A stretch of 64,000 nucleotides of DNA from Balanoglossus misakiensis. Taxonomy: Eukaryota > Animalia > Hemichordata. The stretch lies in the NCBI GenBank assembly GCA_040954595.2, contig CM082594.2, positions 698,147 through 762,146 on the forward strand, given 5' to 3'. This document shows, in pieces, positions 23,170 to 36,055 of this stretch. The notes under the pieces were generated by a model. The model saw nothing but the letters and a program-made list of their open reading frames with translations. It made no database searches and was not told where the DNA came from. Numbering within the stretch: position 1 is the stretch's first letter; every line of letters starts with the position of its first letter. Position numbers and translations under genes: made by a program.

Positions 23170-26100
23170 ATTTGGTCAAAATTGTAAATTTTTGAAAATT
23201 ACAAAAAATACCTGTTTTCTACATTTTCGGAAATCTGATGGAGTATAGAATGCTCTTCGTATGTATATATCGATACGAATTCCACAAAAGACCGTCTAAT
23301 TTGGCTCACTGCAGACAAAATTGCGTTTTACCAAATTTTCCTTGAAAATGTCATTTTTAGAAAAAAATAAATAAAAAAACCTTTGTTCTTCGAATTTGGT
23401 GCCCTGATCATATATGACATGTTGATTGTATGTTAAGACTTTCGACCACTCCAAAAATGCAGAGATATTGACGGAATTCAAGAAAAAATAGCCATTTTGG
23501 CCATATTTTGACAAAATGGTAAATTTTTAAAAAATCATAAAAAATAACTCTTTTCTTATTTTTTCGGAAATATTATGGAGCATGAAGTGTCGTTCTCTTG
23601 TAAAAAGTGCTGCAAATTCCAGAAAAGGCGGTATAATTTAAATCACCCAAGACAAAATTACCATTTTCGACTTGTTTTCGAAAAATTGTCTTTTTTACAA
23701 AATAAATAAGAATAAATTCTTTTCTTAGTTTCAAACGGGTAGAGATACTTTCCACACGGGTTTTCTAACATTGAATTCCCGTTCATCAACTCAGATTTCC
23801 TACAGCATAAGTCGGCTAAAACCCTGACACTCTAGAGCAGAAACAGTTGCACACTGGTAACGTTGAACAAGTCGATTTTTCTACTGCCTGGCTCGGCTAA
23901 ATCTCCGTCACAATATGACAGACACTAGCGTACGTTAGCAACGGTGATAAAGTCAGATTTTCTACGGCATGGCTTGGATAAAGCCCCGGCACTCTAGAGC
24001 AGAAACACGCGTACAGAGAGCACGTTGATCAAGTCTGATCTCCTACGGCTTGGCTCGACTAAAACCCCGGCACACTATGACAGACACCAGCGTTAGTAAG
24101 CAACGTTGATCAAGTCAGATTTCCTACGGCATGGCTTGGCTAAAGCCCTGGCACTATAGAGCAGAAACACGCGTACAGAGACCACGTTGATCTACTCACA
24201 TTTCCTTCGGCCTGGCACGGCTGATGCCCCGGCACTATATATAGGACACAGACTGGCGTAAGTTAACAACGGTAATCACGTCGGGTTTCCTACGGCCTGG
24301 CTCAGCTGAAGCCCCGGCACTCTAGAGCAGAAACAGACGTACATTGACCACGTTGATCAAGTCAGATTTCCTACGGCGTGACTCGGCAGGTGCACCGGCT
24401 CTATATGACACAGACTAGCGTAAGTTATCAACGGTGATTACGTCGGATTTCCTACGGCCTGGTTTAGCTGAAGCCCCGGCACTTTAGAGCGGAAACACGC
24501 GTACATTGACCACGATGATCAATTCAGATCTCCTACGGCCTGGCTCGACTAAAACCCCGGCACACCATGACAGACACTAGCGTTCGTTAGCAACGGTGAT
24601 CAAGTCTGATTTCCTTCGGCCTGGCTCTGCAAAAGACCCGACACTCTAGTACAAAGACGTTGGCTAAGTCGGGCAAACCGAAGAGGGAAAGTTACAGCGG
24701 GTCAACACTCGACATTTGTTCGGGTAGGACTGCATTATTGCCTGTCAATTTATAGAGAAAGCTCGAATTTAACCAGGGCGTTTCAAACACCGACGTTAGT
24801 TGGGGGCACGGCCTGCAGTACTGCCGGGTAAGCTGACATCGGCGTACCGCATGTAATGTAGGGGGGGGGGGGGAAACAGAACGGTTTAATACTACATTTA
24901 TCAGATATCAGCTAATTTTGGACAATCATCTTAAATCTAATTCATTTTTTCATATTTGGATATCTGATGATGTATGAAATTTCCATTATATGTAAAAATG
25001 GTGCTGATTATAAAAATACACTCTGAATGAGCTGATTTAATACAAAATTGCGTTTTATTCGTTTTTGCACCAAAAAGGTCATTTTTAGGCAAAACATTCT
25101 TTATTTTTTTAATTCGGTGACCTGATCATATATAAACAATTGCTTGTATGTTAAAAGTTTTTATGACTTTTAAAAGCAGTGACACTGGCGGCATTCAACA
25201 CGAAAATAACAATTTTAGCCACAATTTGGTCAAAATGGTAAATTTTTAAAAATTACAAAAAAATACCTGTTTTCTACATTTTCGGAAATCTGATGGAGTA
25301 TAGAATGCTCTTCGTATGTATATATCGATACAAATTCTAAAAAAAAAGACCGTCTAATTTGGCTCACTGCAGGCAAAATTGCGTTTTACCAAATTTTCCT
25401 TGAAAATGTCACTTTTAGAAGAAAAAAAAATAAAAAAACCTTTGTTCTTCGAATTTGGTGCCCTGATCATATATGACATGTTGATTGTATGTTAAAACTT
25501 TCGACCACTCCAAAAATGCAGATATATTGACGGAATTAAAGAAAAAATAGCCATTTTGGCCATATTTTGACAAAAATGGTAAATTTTTAAAAAATCATAA
25601 AAAAATTACTCTTTTCTTCATTTTCCGAAATATTATGGAGCATGAAGTGTCGTTCTCTTGTAAGAAGTGCAGCGAATTCCAGAAAAGGCGGTATAATTTG
25701 AATCACCCAAGACAAAATTACCATTTTCGACTTTTTTTCGAAAAATTGTCTTTTTTACAAAATAAATAAGAATAAATTCTTTTCTTAGTTTCAAACGGGT
25801 AGAGATACTTTCCACAAGGGTTTTCTAACATTGAATTCCCGTTCATCAACTCAGATTTCCTACAGCATAAGTCGGCTAAAACCCTGACACTCTAGAGCAG
25901 AAACAGTTGCACACTGGTAACGTTGAACAAGTCGATTTTTCTATGGCCTGGCTCGGCTAAATCTCCGTCACAATATGACAGACACTAGCGTACGTTAGCA
26001 ACGGTGATCAAGTCAGATTTTCTACGGCATGGCTTAGATAAAGCCCCGGCACTCTAGAGCAGAAACACGCGTACAGAGACCACGTTGATCAAGTCTGATC

Positions 26101-29100
26101 TCCTACGGCTTGGCTCGACTAAAACCCCGGCACACTATGACAGACACTAGCGTTCGTTAGCAACGTTGATCAAGTCAGATTTCCTACGGCATGGCTTGGC
26201 TAAAGCCCTGGCACTCTAGAGCAGAAACACGCGTACAGAGACCACGTTGATCTACTCACATTTCCTTCGGCCTGGCACGGCTGATGCCCCGGCACTATAT
26301 ATAGGACACAGACTGGCGTAAGTTAACAACGGTAATCACGTCGGGTTTCCTACGGCCTGGCTCAGCTGAAGCCCCGGCACTCTAGAGCAGAAACAGGCGT
26401 ACATTGACCACGTTGATCAAGTCAGATTTCCTACGGCGTGACTCGGCTGGTGCACCGGCTCTATATGACACAGACTGGCGTAAGTTATCAACGGTGACTA
26501 CGTCGGATTTCCTACGGCCAGGTTTAGCTGAAGCCCCGGCACTTTAGAGCGGAAACACGCGTACATTGACCACGATGATCAAGTCAGATCTCCTACGGCC
26601 TGGCTCGACTAAAACCCCGGCACACCATGACAGACACTAGCGTTCGTTAGCAACGGTGATCAAGTCGGATTTCCTTCGGCCTGGCTCTGCAAAAGACCCG
26701 ACACTCTAGTACAAAGACGTTGGCTAAGTCGGGCAAACCGAACAGGGAAAGTCACAGCGGTTCAACACTTGACATTTGTTCCGGTAGGACTGCATTATTG
26801 CCTGTCAATTTAAAGAGAGAGCCCGAATTTAACCAGGGCGTTTCAAACACCGACGTTTGTTGGGGGCACGGCCTACAGTACTGCCGGGTAAGCTGACATC
26901 GGCGTACCGCATATAATGTAAGGGGGGGGGGGGGGGAACAGAACGGTTCAATACTACATTTGTTAGATATCAGCTAATTTTGGACAATCATCTAAAATCT
27001 AAATCATTTTTTCATATTTGGATATCTGATGATGTATGAAATTTCCATTATATGTAAACATGGTGCTGATTATAAAAAATGCACTCTGAATGAGCTGATT
27101 TAATACAAAATTGCGTTTTATTCGTTTTTGCACCAAAAAGGTCATTTTTAGGCAAAACATTCTTTATTTTATAAATTCGGTGACCTGATCATATATAAAC
27201 AATTGCTTGTATGTTAAAAGTTTTGATGACTTTTAAAAGCAGTGACACTGGCGGCATTCAACACGAAAATAACAATTTTAGCCACAATTTGGTCAAAATG
27301 GTAAATTTTTGAAAATTACAAAAAATACCTGTTTTCTACATTTTCGGAAATCTGATGGAGTATAGAATGCTCTTCGTATGTATATATCGATACAAATTTC
27401 ACAAAAGACCGTCTAATTTGGCTCACTGCAGACAAAATTGCGTTTTACCAAATTTTCCTTGAAAATGTCATTTTTAGAAGAAAAAAAAATAAAAAAAACC
27501 TTTGTTCTTCGAATTTGGTGCCCTGATCATATATGACATGTTGATTGTATGTTAAAACTTTCGACCACTCCAAAAATGCAGATATATTGACGGAATTAAA
27601 GAAAAAATAGCCATTTTGGCCATATTTTGACAAAAATGGTAAATTTTTAAAAAATCATAAAAAATTAACTCTTTTCTTCATTTTCGGAAATATTATGGAG
27701 CATAAGGTGTCGTTCTCTTGCAAAAAGTGCTGCAAATTCCAGAAAAGGTGGTATAATTTGAATCACCCAAGACAAAATTACCATTTTCAACTTTTTTTCG
27801 AAAAATTGTCTTTTTTACAAAATAAATAAGAATAAATTCTTTTCTTAGTTTCAAATGGGTAGAGATACTTTCCACACGGGTTTTCTAACATTGAATTCCC
27901 GTTCATCAACTCAGATTTCCTACAGCATAAGTCGGCTAAAACCCTGACACTCTAGAGCAGAAACAGTTGCACACTGGTAACGTTGAACAAGTCGATTTTT
28001 CTACGGCCTGGCTCGGCTAAATCTCCGTCACAAAATGACAGACACTAGCGTACGTTAGCAACGGTGATCAAGTGAGATTTCCTACGGCATGGCTTGGCTA
28101 AAGCCCTGGCACTCTAGAGCAGAAACACGCGTACAGAGACCACGTTGATCTACTCACATTTCCTTCGGCCTGGCACGGCTGATGCCCCGGCACTATATAT
28201 AGGACACAGACTGGCGTAAGTTAACAACGGTAATCACGTCGGGTTTCCTACGGCCTGGCTCAGCTGAAGCCCCGGCACTCTAGAGCAGAAACACGCGTAC
28301 AGAGACCACGTTGATCAAGTCTGATCTCCTACGGCTTGGCTCGACTAAAACCCCGGCACACTATGACAGACACTAGCGTTCGTTAGCAACGTTGATCATG
28401 TCAGATTTCCTACGGCATGGCTTGGCTAAAGCCCTGGCACTCTAGAGCAGAAACACGCGTACAGAGACCACGTTGATCTACTCACATTTCCTTCGGCCTG
28501 GCACGGCTGATGCCCCGGCACTATATATAGGACACAGACTGGCGTAAGTTAACAACGGTAATCACGTCGGGTTTCCTACGGCCTGGCTCAGCTGAAGCCC
28601 CGGCACTCTAGAGCAGAAACAGGCGTACATTGACCACGTTGATCAAGTCAGATTTCCTACGGCGTGACTCGGCTGGTTCACCGGCTCTATATGACACAGA
28701 CAGGCGTAAGTTATCAACGGTGATTACGTCGGATTTCCTACGGCCTGGTTTAGCTGAAGCCCCGGCACTTTACAGCGGAAACAGGCGTACATTGACCACG
28801 TTGATCAAGTCAGATCTCCTACGGCCTGGCTCGACTAAAACCCCGGCACACCATGACAGACACTAGCGTTCGTTAGCAACGGTGATCAAGTCGGATTTCC
28901 TTCGGCCTGGCTCTGCAAAAGACCCGACACTCTAGTACAAAGACGTTGGCTAAGTCGAGCAAACCGAAGAGGGAAAGTCACAGCGGGTCAACACTCGACA
29001 TTTGTTTGGGTAGGACTGCATTATTGCCTGTCAATTTATAGAGGAAGCCCGAATTTAACCAGGGCGTTTCCAACACCGATATTAGTTGGGGGCACGGCCT

Positions 29101-29262
29101 GCAGTACTGCCGGGTAATCTGACATCGGCGTACCGCATATAATGTAAGGGGGGGTGGGGGGGATGGAACGGTTCAATACTACATTTATTAGATATCAGCT
29201 AATTTTGGACAATCATCTAAAATCTAAATCATTTTTTCATATTTGGATATCTGATGATGTAG

Positions 29263-29791
29263 TATTACGGCTGGTTTCTCATGATTGTTCATGCATCGGG
29301 GAATCTGTAGCGATGAGGTATCGGGCTCTGACGAGAACAGTGATCCACGGAGACACGTATCTGATTCACGTTCATTTATTGTCCGGAATTATGTAGTACA
29401 TCAAATACGCCCAGTAAAGTACATGAGGAAGGGAACGAGCTCAGTAGCCTGAGGTACTCCCATCTCCCGTTAGATTATTCTTCCTAACTTTGGAAACAAA
29501 GTTCTCTTATAATTACTTTTCTCAAGGCGTGGTTAATAATGTAAAATATCACAAATACAATGTGTTACAATTTCATTGGACATCAGTCAACTCTATACGT
29601 ACCAATTTACATAAAGTGTTATATAACAAAGTCAGTTCGGTGATGATTGAGAATCAGAGCAGTCAGTTAAACACCCGCTCTCCCTATCTACTTCAAATAC
29701 ATAAAATCAAATACTATCAAACATTGACATTCCCGAGCTCTGGCTTAATTAACCCTTGAAATCGTATTTGACCTTTATACAGATCGTAACA
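29263..29791 (-). repeat. Gypsy 3' LTR (529 bp)
   Basis: Direct repeat of 36056-36585; sense termini TGTTACG...CGTAATA. Confidence 0.95.
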
Positions 29792-30810
29792 CTCCCCTCC
29801 TTTTAAACCAATGCGTCCCGCATTGGACACAAATCTCTTAAAGAGCAGTACACCAAGGGTAATCGTTCAGTTCCATCCCAAGAGTATATTAAGATGTACC
29901 GTATGATTTTGAAATGTAAGAGTACAATATATATAACAAAATTGAAGTAAAATATTTGAAAAAAAAATCTAGTCATGTCTATGAAGTGATCGTCTTAAAA
30001 ATATATAAAATTACAATCCAAAAATTACTACAGAATAAAAGTACATATAAACTTAAAATAGTATGTGCACATAAAACCTTCGCACACCTATCCACCTACT
30101 AATATAAACAATAAAATCGCAACTCCTTCTGTAAACCCATAAAACGTTGTATCCATCATAGAACACAATCTTAATATCTGTTGTCTTATTGACTCAAACG
30201 AAATACTCTTGCATTCTTTTACATCGAACGATCATCCGACATTCCTTATTCTCGAGTTACGTCATGTCGGGCAAATTCAAAAATTAAAACTGAAACATCC
30301 TAGCGTTTTGTCAAAAATCCACTCTTTACAACTTCGAAAATGGCATTTTCTTCATTCGAAAATGGGATTTTCTTTGGTTTCTTTATACAAACACATAGCC
30401 ATTAAAAGGGGCTATTTACACAAATTGGACCATCTATTTTTAGGTCATCAAACGAACGGCAAATTCAACTCACAACATTTTTCTCCAATGTTAAAATCTC
30501 TGCAACTTCAAACTTCACTGGTAATTTCTTTACAACTCAAATACATTAACACATTTAAACAGAGTGACACGGGAACCAGGTTGCACAGCACTTACAACTA
30601 AACTCAGCAACCAACGGATAATAAAATGTCATTCGACAACTTATACGTAACATTAAACGAATCAAGGGACACGCCAATCGTACACTCACTCATACAGGCC
30701 GGCCAACACTCATACCTCTCAGTCATATTCAAATATTCATTTCAATCAACCACGTGTCTCCCTTTTCCGTTTTTTTTCTCTGTTACGCATATATTTCTCT
30801 GTCCATAGAT

Positions 30811-33800
30811 TTAAATGTGCAAATGTGCTATAACCTGTTTCCCTTGTATCTTTACAGGATTTCTCATCAAATACTCTTTCGCAGTTTCATTCAAATTGTC
30901 TTCATCCTCCCAAGTATTATGTTTGTTTGAATAATTCTTCCACTTAACCAAATACTGTAATTTCCCATTTCTATATCGACCCTTTAACACATTGTCTATA
31001 TCGTAAAATGGCTCAGAAGCATTAGTCTGACAATTTCCATTGTTGTCAGTTTCATCGAAAGCACTGGGATTTGTCCTTGACGACAAATCTCTCAATCCCT
31101 CAATTTGATCAGAACCATTGTCTCTTTCTGCATATGTTTCTGCTTCTGGACTTTGACATATTTCGGTCCCATTTTCATAATTTGTGGTTTCTGGGACATC
31201 GTTTTCTTCACACGACTCATCAGATGAGGATGAGTCAAACTCAGAGGGGCGCAAATAAGCTCTTTTTAGTCTATTTACATGTATGATTTTACGATAATTC
31301 CTGGTGCTATTTATGAAACGCAACTTATAATTAACAGGACCCACCTTCTCAGAAATAATGTAAGGACCTGTCCACTTATGTATGAATTTCTTATTAACTC
31401 CTGGTTTAACAGAAGGTGTGTATAAATATACAGGATCCCCCACTTTTAGATTTTGTGACCGTTGGATATTTTGATCATAACGGTCCTTCATATTCTGTTG
31501 ATATCGATCTATATTCTCTTTGGCGATTTTATGAGCTATCTCCCTCTTAGCAGCTAAATGTTTAAGGTGTGTATCTATATTTCTTGTCCTCCCCTCAACT
31601 GGCTGGAATTCAACATCCATGGGCAATGTGGGATGCCGACCATATAACAGATAATAAGGACTGAACCCACTGGACTCTTGAGGGCTAACTCTATAAGCGA
31701 AAAGCACTGAACTTAGGTACCGATCCCAATCTTTCTGTTTACTATCGACAAACATGGACAGCATGTCGACTAGGCAACCATTGAAACGCTCTGTAAGGCC
31801 ATTAGTCTGTGGACGATAAGGGGTCGAAACTTTCCTCTGGATGTTGAAAAATTTGCAAGTTTCACGAACTACTTGGGATAAAAAATTCGATCCCTGATCA
31901 CTCAGCAAAACTCTGGGGCTGCCATAAGTAGCAATTACTTCATCAAACAAGATCTTAGCGACTGTCTCAGCTCGTGCATTACGTAATGGGTATGCTAGTG
32001 GAAATTTAGTAAAGTAATCAGTAAGTACTAAGATGTATTTATGACCATCATACGTTCTAGGGAGGGGTCCCACAATATCCATACCCAGTCGGTCCCAGGG
32101 TCCTGATACTGGAATAGGTAACAACTTAGCATGAGTAGGGGGTGTGGCTCTCTTTCGTGTGTGACAATGTGCGCATGTCTTTACGTACATATTAACATCC
32201 CGGGGCATCCTTTCCCAAAAATACCTCTGTCTTAAAACTCCCAACGTTTTAGTGTATCCCAAATGTCCCGCTAAAACACAATCATGAGCCCACCGCAGAA
32301 CATAATTTCTTAAGGACTTAGGTATCACAACCTGTCTAACACAATCTAATTTACTAGCTGATTTCCCCGTGGGTTTCCAAAAATGATACAAAACCCCGTC
32401 AACAATGTCATAATTTGGAGCCATACTAACAAATTTACGAGCTAACTTTTGATCAGTTGGTAACTCATCATTCTCTAAATAATTAAGAAATTTACTCAAA
32501 TAATTATCCTTTCTCTGTTCTCCCTTCATTCGTGATTGCACCTCACTGTCGAATGTTTTATCCACTTCAGTGTTGGAAGCATTTTCCTCCACGTCAGTGT
32601 TAGAAGTGTCGTTAGAACTGTTAAGTAAAATCCCATACCCAGATGTGTCCTCACTATTAGCAGAATTATGAACCCTAGGTTCGGTTTGTTGCCCTGTATG
32701 TATATTATTTATACAAGGTGAGTTTATGGGCTCAGTGTTTACACACTTATCTACCATTGGCTGACTGTTAGGCTTGTAATTCATTTCAGGCGCATGCTCT
32801 AAATCAGTGACGTCAGACTTGTACCCCTCACATTGTTGATATGGTCTCCTTGACAACCCGTCAGCATTCATGTGTTTCTTACCAGGTCTATAGATAATTT
32901 CGTAATCGTACTGCTGCATGGTCATTATCCAACGGCCAATACGCCCCCTTGGTATTTTCTGTTTAAACATGTAAGTCAGATTGGAGTGATCAGTCACTAT
33001 AGTGACATGGTTGCTCCGTACATAGTGATCACATTGTCGGATAGCATGAATGACGGCCAAAGCTTCCAATTCTGTAATTGAGTAATTTCTTTCGTGACAG
33101 TTTAAACTTCGACCCCCATATAAAATCACTCGTTCAACACCATTCTGTCGTTGAGCTAAAACAAACCCCAGGGCATGAGTGGAACTATCGGTATAAATTG
33201 TGAAATTTTCATTCATATCAGGATACCCTAGAATTGGTGCTTGACACAGGACATGTTTTAATTTCTCAAATGCATGTTCGCATCGATCATCCCATTCAAA
33301 TTTCGTGTCCTTTCCCAACAATTTATGCAGAGGCCTTGCAATGATCGAGAAATTCTTTATAAACTTTCTATAATAATTGGCCAACCCCAAAAATGATTTC
33401 AGCTGTGTGACAGTATGAGGACGGGGATATTCTTTAACAGCTGTTACTTTACTCTCGTCAACCGCAATTCCATTCTTACTGATAATATGACCCAAAAATT
33501 TAACACTCTTTCTCATAAATTGACATTTGCTGGGCTTTAATTTCAATCCAGCTTGACGTAACCTGGTTAGGACAGTATCAATGTGTTGAAGATGCTCCTC
33601 AAAAGAGCTGCTAAATATAATAATATCATCGATATAACATAACACATATTGCCACATAATATTGCGTAACACGTGTTGCATAGTACGCTGAAAACAACTG
33701 GGACTATTTCGCAACCCCTGGGCAAGTCTCCTGTATTGATATAAACCTTGATGTGTGACAAAAGCTGTTTTTGGTCTGCTCTCTTCATCTAATTCCAATT

Positions 33801-36054
33801 GAAAAAATCCTGACTGTAAATCAAGCGTCGAAAAATACTGAGGCTTATTCTTGCCTAACATTTCAAGAGATTCGTCAGTTCTAGGTAAGGGAAACGAATC
33901 AGGCACTGTAATATTATTCAAATGACGGAAATCTGTGCAAAAACGCCACGAACCATCAGGCTTTTTGACTAAAACTACTGGACTAGCAAACGGTGAAGTG
34001 GACGGCTCGATAATATTTTGTTCTAACAGCTGATCAACTTGTCGCTCAAGTTCACGTCTTTTCTCAAGCGTTACTCGGTAAGGTGGGCGACGGAACGGGG
34101 CAGCACCCTCTTGTAATCGTATTGTATGTTTGATTACATCACAGTTGCCTAAACGACCACTAGAATCAACAAAAGCTTCCATATTGTGCAGTAAAACATC
34201 TCTAAGCTGTTTACGCTGTGCCTTAGTTATCTCTAATTCATTAAATTTCAATTGACCCATCAAATAATCCGTCTCTTTCTGTGTACGGGGCCCTTGAGGT
34301 GAGACACAATTAACGGCAGTATTATCGAGTGGGACTATTTCACTATTACGGGGCAAAGGCGAAAACATTCCAACAACACTGTTTTTCTTAATTTTGACCA
34401 CAGTATCCAAAGTGTTTACAACTCGCATGGGAAGAAAATTCTTATTCGAATAGGCCAACCCCTTAGCTACCAAAATACCCGGGGTTAAGCGTGTTCGTTT
34501 ATCACAAATACAACCTAAAACTCCAGTAAGATATTTATACGGTACTTTCACTGGAATAACCATTTCACTTCCAGGTGAAATGTTAACATCAACATTTGTT
34601 CTTAACGGTACGTCTGATTGTAATCTTAAAATATTACCCTTGAAATCAATAACAGCTCTATAACGCTTCATAAAATCAAGTCCCAAAATCAGATTATGCT
34701 GAAGAGACTCAACTAAATTAACATACAGTAATACACGCTTATTCCCAATAAAAGCAGGTATTTTCATAAATCCAATTACCTTCAATTTGTCTTCGTGTGC
34801 TGTATGTACACAATTATGTCTGGACTTGAACATCGGATAATTCTTTAGAGCGGGAATAAGCTCTAACAACCGAATAGGAGCTACAGTAATATGTGCTCCA
34901 GTATCAATTAATGACGTCACTTTTTCATGACATATTGAAATTGGAATAACATTCTCATGAAAAGCACACCCATCTTTGTTAACAAAGTTTACACCATCTT
35001 TAACATTATAGGCACCCTCTTTCCCGAGTGCATTTATACCTGTACATGACCTCCTGTCGGACGATCCATCAAAATAAAATTTCCGACTAGGCTTCGAAAC
35101 ATTTCCAGAGAACCCATATTTTGAACAATTTCTAGCTATATGATCGTAACGCCCACAATTAAAACATGCACGGGAATTAAATTGACTATGTCGAGGAAAA
35201 CGTTGGGCAGAGTGTCCAGTAAAATTATATCTGTTCCTCTTTACCTTATTGTCTATTGTTCGTTCTCTTGCTCTGTAATTCGGCGATTTCTTCTCTCTTT
35301 TTGTCGATCGTCCTCGATGATCTGCCGCGCTTGATTTGGTCTTCATTTCTTCATCTTCTTGTTTCATGTCGTCAATCCGTGTCGAGATTTGTTGTAAAAG
35401 ACCCGCTTCTGGCTCGTCTGTCTCTGGTAATCCTGCCACGACCTCTGCTGTTCGAGCATGTTTGTACGCTGTTTCGAAGTCCTCAGGTGACATTCCCGCT
35501 ACGAACTTTAGTATGTCCGGTCTCAGTCCGTTCATGAAGAAAGATAGTAGTTCCTCATCAGTCTTTTTCGCTTTTTCTGCTTTTTCGCATATTAATTCCG
35601 CATATTGTTCAACAGTCTGGTCCGGCAGTTGCTTCAGGCGAAACAGTTTCTCGTCATACAGCCACATCGGACCGCACTTATCAAAACGAGCGAGGAAGAC
35701 ATTTTGCAGTGTCGTCAAGTCATTTTTCTTTTCAGCAGACAGTCTGTAGAACCATCGCTCCGCTTCACCAGTCAAATATAGTCCGATTCCTTTAAGCCGT
35801 TTCTCGTCTGACCATTGCTTAAAGTCAGCAAAGTCTATATATTTTTTCCACCATCGGTGTGCATTCTCAGTCTCTGTACCCGAAAAGAAACCTGGGCCTA
35901 CCTGACCTCCAGCTCTGAGTGTAACCTGTCGTATTTCCGATATTTGACTGTTCATGTCGTTTAGCATCTCGCGATCCATGCTGTAATCTTTCCGCTGGAC
36001 GTCGCCGTTTCTGTCTCCGATGGATTTGTTTCGTCTACCCGGATTCTCCACCAT
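30811..36054 (-). CDS. Gypsy gag-pol polyprotein, 1747 aa (Gag, CCHC, protease, RT, RNase H, integrase, chromodomain)
   Basis: CFNCGRYDHIARNC; LIDTGA; WRFCTDFR, LDLQSGFFQ, YIDD; YTDSS, ELEALAV, TDH, NADGLSR; H...H...CAHC, MDIVGP, SDQG, GLTERFN, WTGPY; YLVKWKNY...NTWE. Confidence 0.97.
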   Translation of the reverse strand: MVENPGRRNKSIGDRNGDVQRKDYSMDREMLNDMNSQISEIRQVTLRAGGQVGPGFFSGTETENAHRWWKKYIDFADFKQWSDEKRLKGIGLYLTGEAERWFYRLSAEKKNDLTTLQNVFLARFDKCGPMWLYDEKLFRLKQLPDQTVEQYAELICEKAEKAKKTDEELLSFFMNGLRPDILKFVAGMSPEDFETAYKHARTAEVVAGLPETDEPEAGLLQQISTRIDDMKQEDEEMKTKSSAADHRGRSTKREKKSPNYRARERTIDNKVKRNRYNFTGHSAQRFPRHSQFNSRACFNCGRYDHIARNCSKYGFSGNVSKPSRKFYFDGSSDRRSCTGINALGKEGAYNVKDGVNFVNKDGCAFHENVIPISICHEKVTSLIDTGAHITVAPIRLLELIPALKNYPMFKSRHNCVHTAHEDKLKVIGFMKIPAFIGNKRVLLYVNLVESLQHNLILGLDFMKRYRAVIDFKGNILRLQSDVPLRTNVDVNISPGSEMVIPVKVPYKYLTGVLGCICDKRTRLTPGILVAKGLAYSNKNFLPMRVVNTLDTVVKIKKNSVVGMFSPLPRNSEIVPLDNTAVNCVSPQGPRTQKETDYLMGQLKFNELEITKAQRKQLRDVLLHNMEAFVDSSGRLGNCDVIKHTIRLQEGAAPFRRPPYRVTLEKRRELERQVDQLLEQNIIEPSTSPFASPVVLVKKPDGSWRFCTDFRHLNNITVPDSFPLPRTDESLEMLGKNKPQYFSTLDLQSGFFQLELDEESRPKTAFVTHQGLYQYRRLAQGLRNSPSCFQRTMQHVLRNIMWQYVLCYIDDIIIFSSSFEEHLQHIDTVLTRLRQAGLKLKPSKCQFMRKSVKFLGHIISKNGIAVDESKVTAVKEYPRPHTVTQLKSFLGLANYYRKFIKNFSIIARPLHKLLGKDTKFEWDDRCEHAFEKLKHVLCQAPILGYPDMNENFTIYTDSSTHALGFVLAQRQNGVERVILYGGRSLNCHERNYSITELEALAVIHAIRQCDHYVRSNHVTIVTDHSNLTYMFKQKIPRGRIGRWIMTMQQYDYEIIYRPGKKHMNADGLSRRPYQQCEGYKSDVTDLEHAPEMNYKPNSQPMVDKCVNTEPINSPCINNIHTGQQTEPRVHNSANSEDTSGYGILLNSSNDTSNTDVEENASNTEVDKTFDSEVQSRMKGEQRKDNYLSKFLNYLENDELPTDQKLARKFVSMAPNYDIVDGVLYHFWKPTGKSASKLDCVRQVVIPKSLRNYVLRWAHDCVLAGHLGYTKTLGVLRQRYFWERMPRDVNMYVKTCAHCHTRKRATPPTHAKLLPIPVSGPWDRLGMDIVGPLPRTYDGHKYILVLTDYFTKFPLAYPLRNARAETVAKILFDEVIATYGSPRVLLSDQGSNFLSQVVRETCKFFNIQRKVSTPYRPQTNGLTERFNGCLVDMLSMFVDSKQKDWDRYLSSVLFAYRVSPQESSGFSPYYLLYGRHPTLPMDVEFQPVEGRTRNIDTHLKHLAAKREIAHKIAKENIDRYQQNMKDRYDQNIQRSQNLKVGDPVYLYTPSVKPGVNKKFIHKWTGPYIISEKVGPVNYKLRFINSTRNYRKIIHVNRLKRAYLRPSEFDSSSSDESCEENDVPETTNYENGTEICQSPEAETYAERDNGSDQIEGLRDLSSRTNPSAFDETDNNGNCQTNASEPFYDIDNVLKGRYRNGKLQYLVKWKNYSNKHNTWEDEDNLNETAKEYLMRNPVKIQGKQVIAHLHI
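36036..36053 (-). promoter_or_regulatory. Gypsy primer-binding site, probably tRNA-Ala
   Basis: TGGTGGAGAATCCGGGTA 2 nt after the 5' LTR; resembles the complement of metazoan tRNA-Ala 3' ends (...TTCTCCACCA). Confidence 0.7.
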
Positions 36055-36055
36055 G

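Noticed and set aside
28630-28866. 81 bp equals 27 codons, suggesting a protein tandem repeat
   Set aside because: Consensus units contain stops in all six frames I read; this ORF exists only through local substitutions.
29490-29759. Duplicated 89-aa ORF (also 36284-36553)
   Set aside because: Lies antisense inside the two gypsy LTRs with a TTG start; the duplication is just the LTR.
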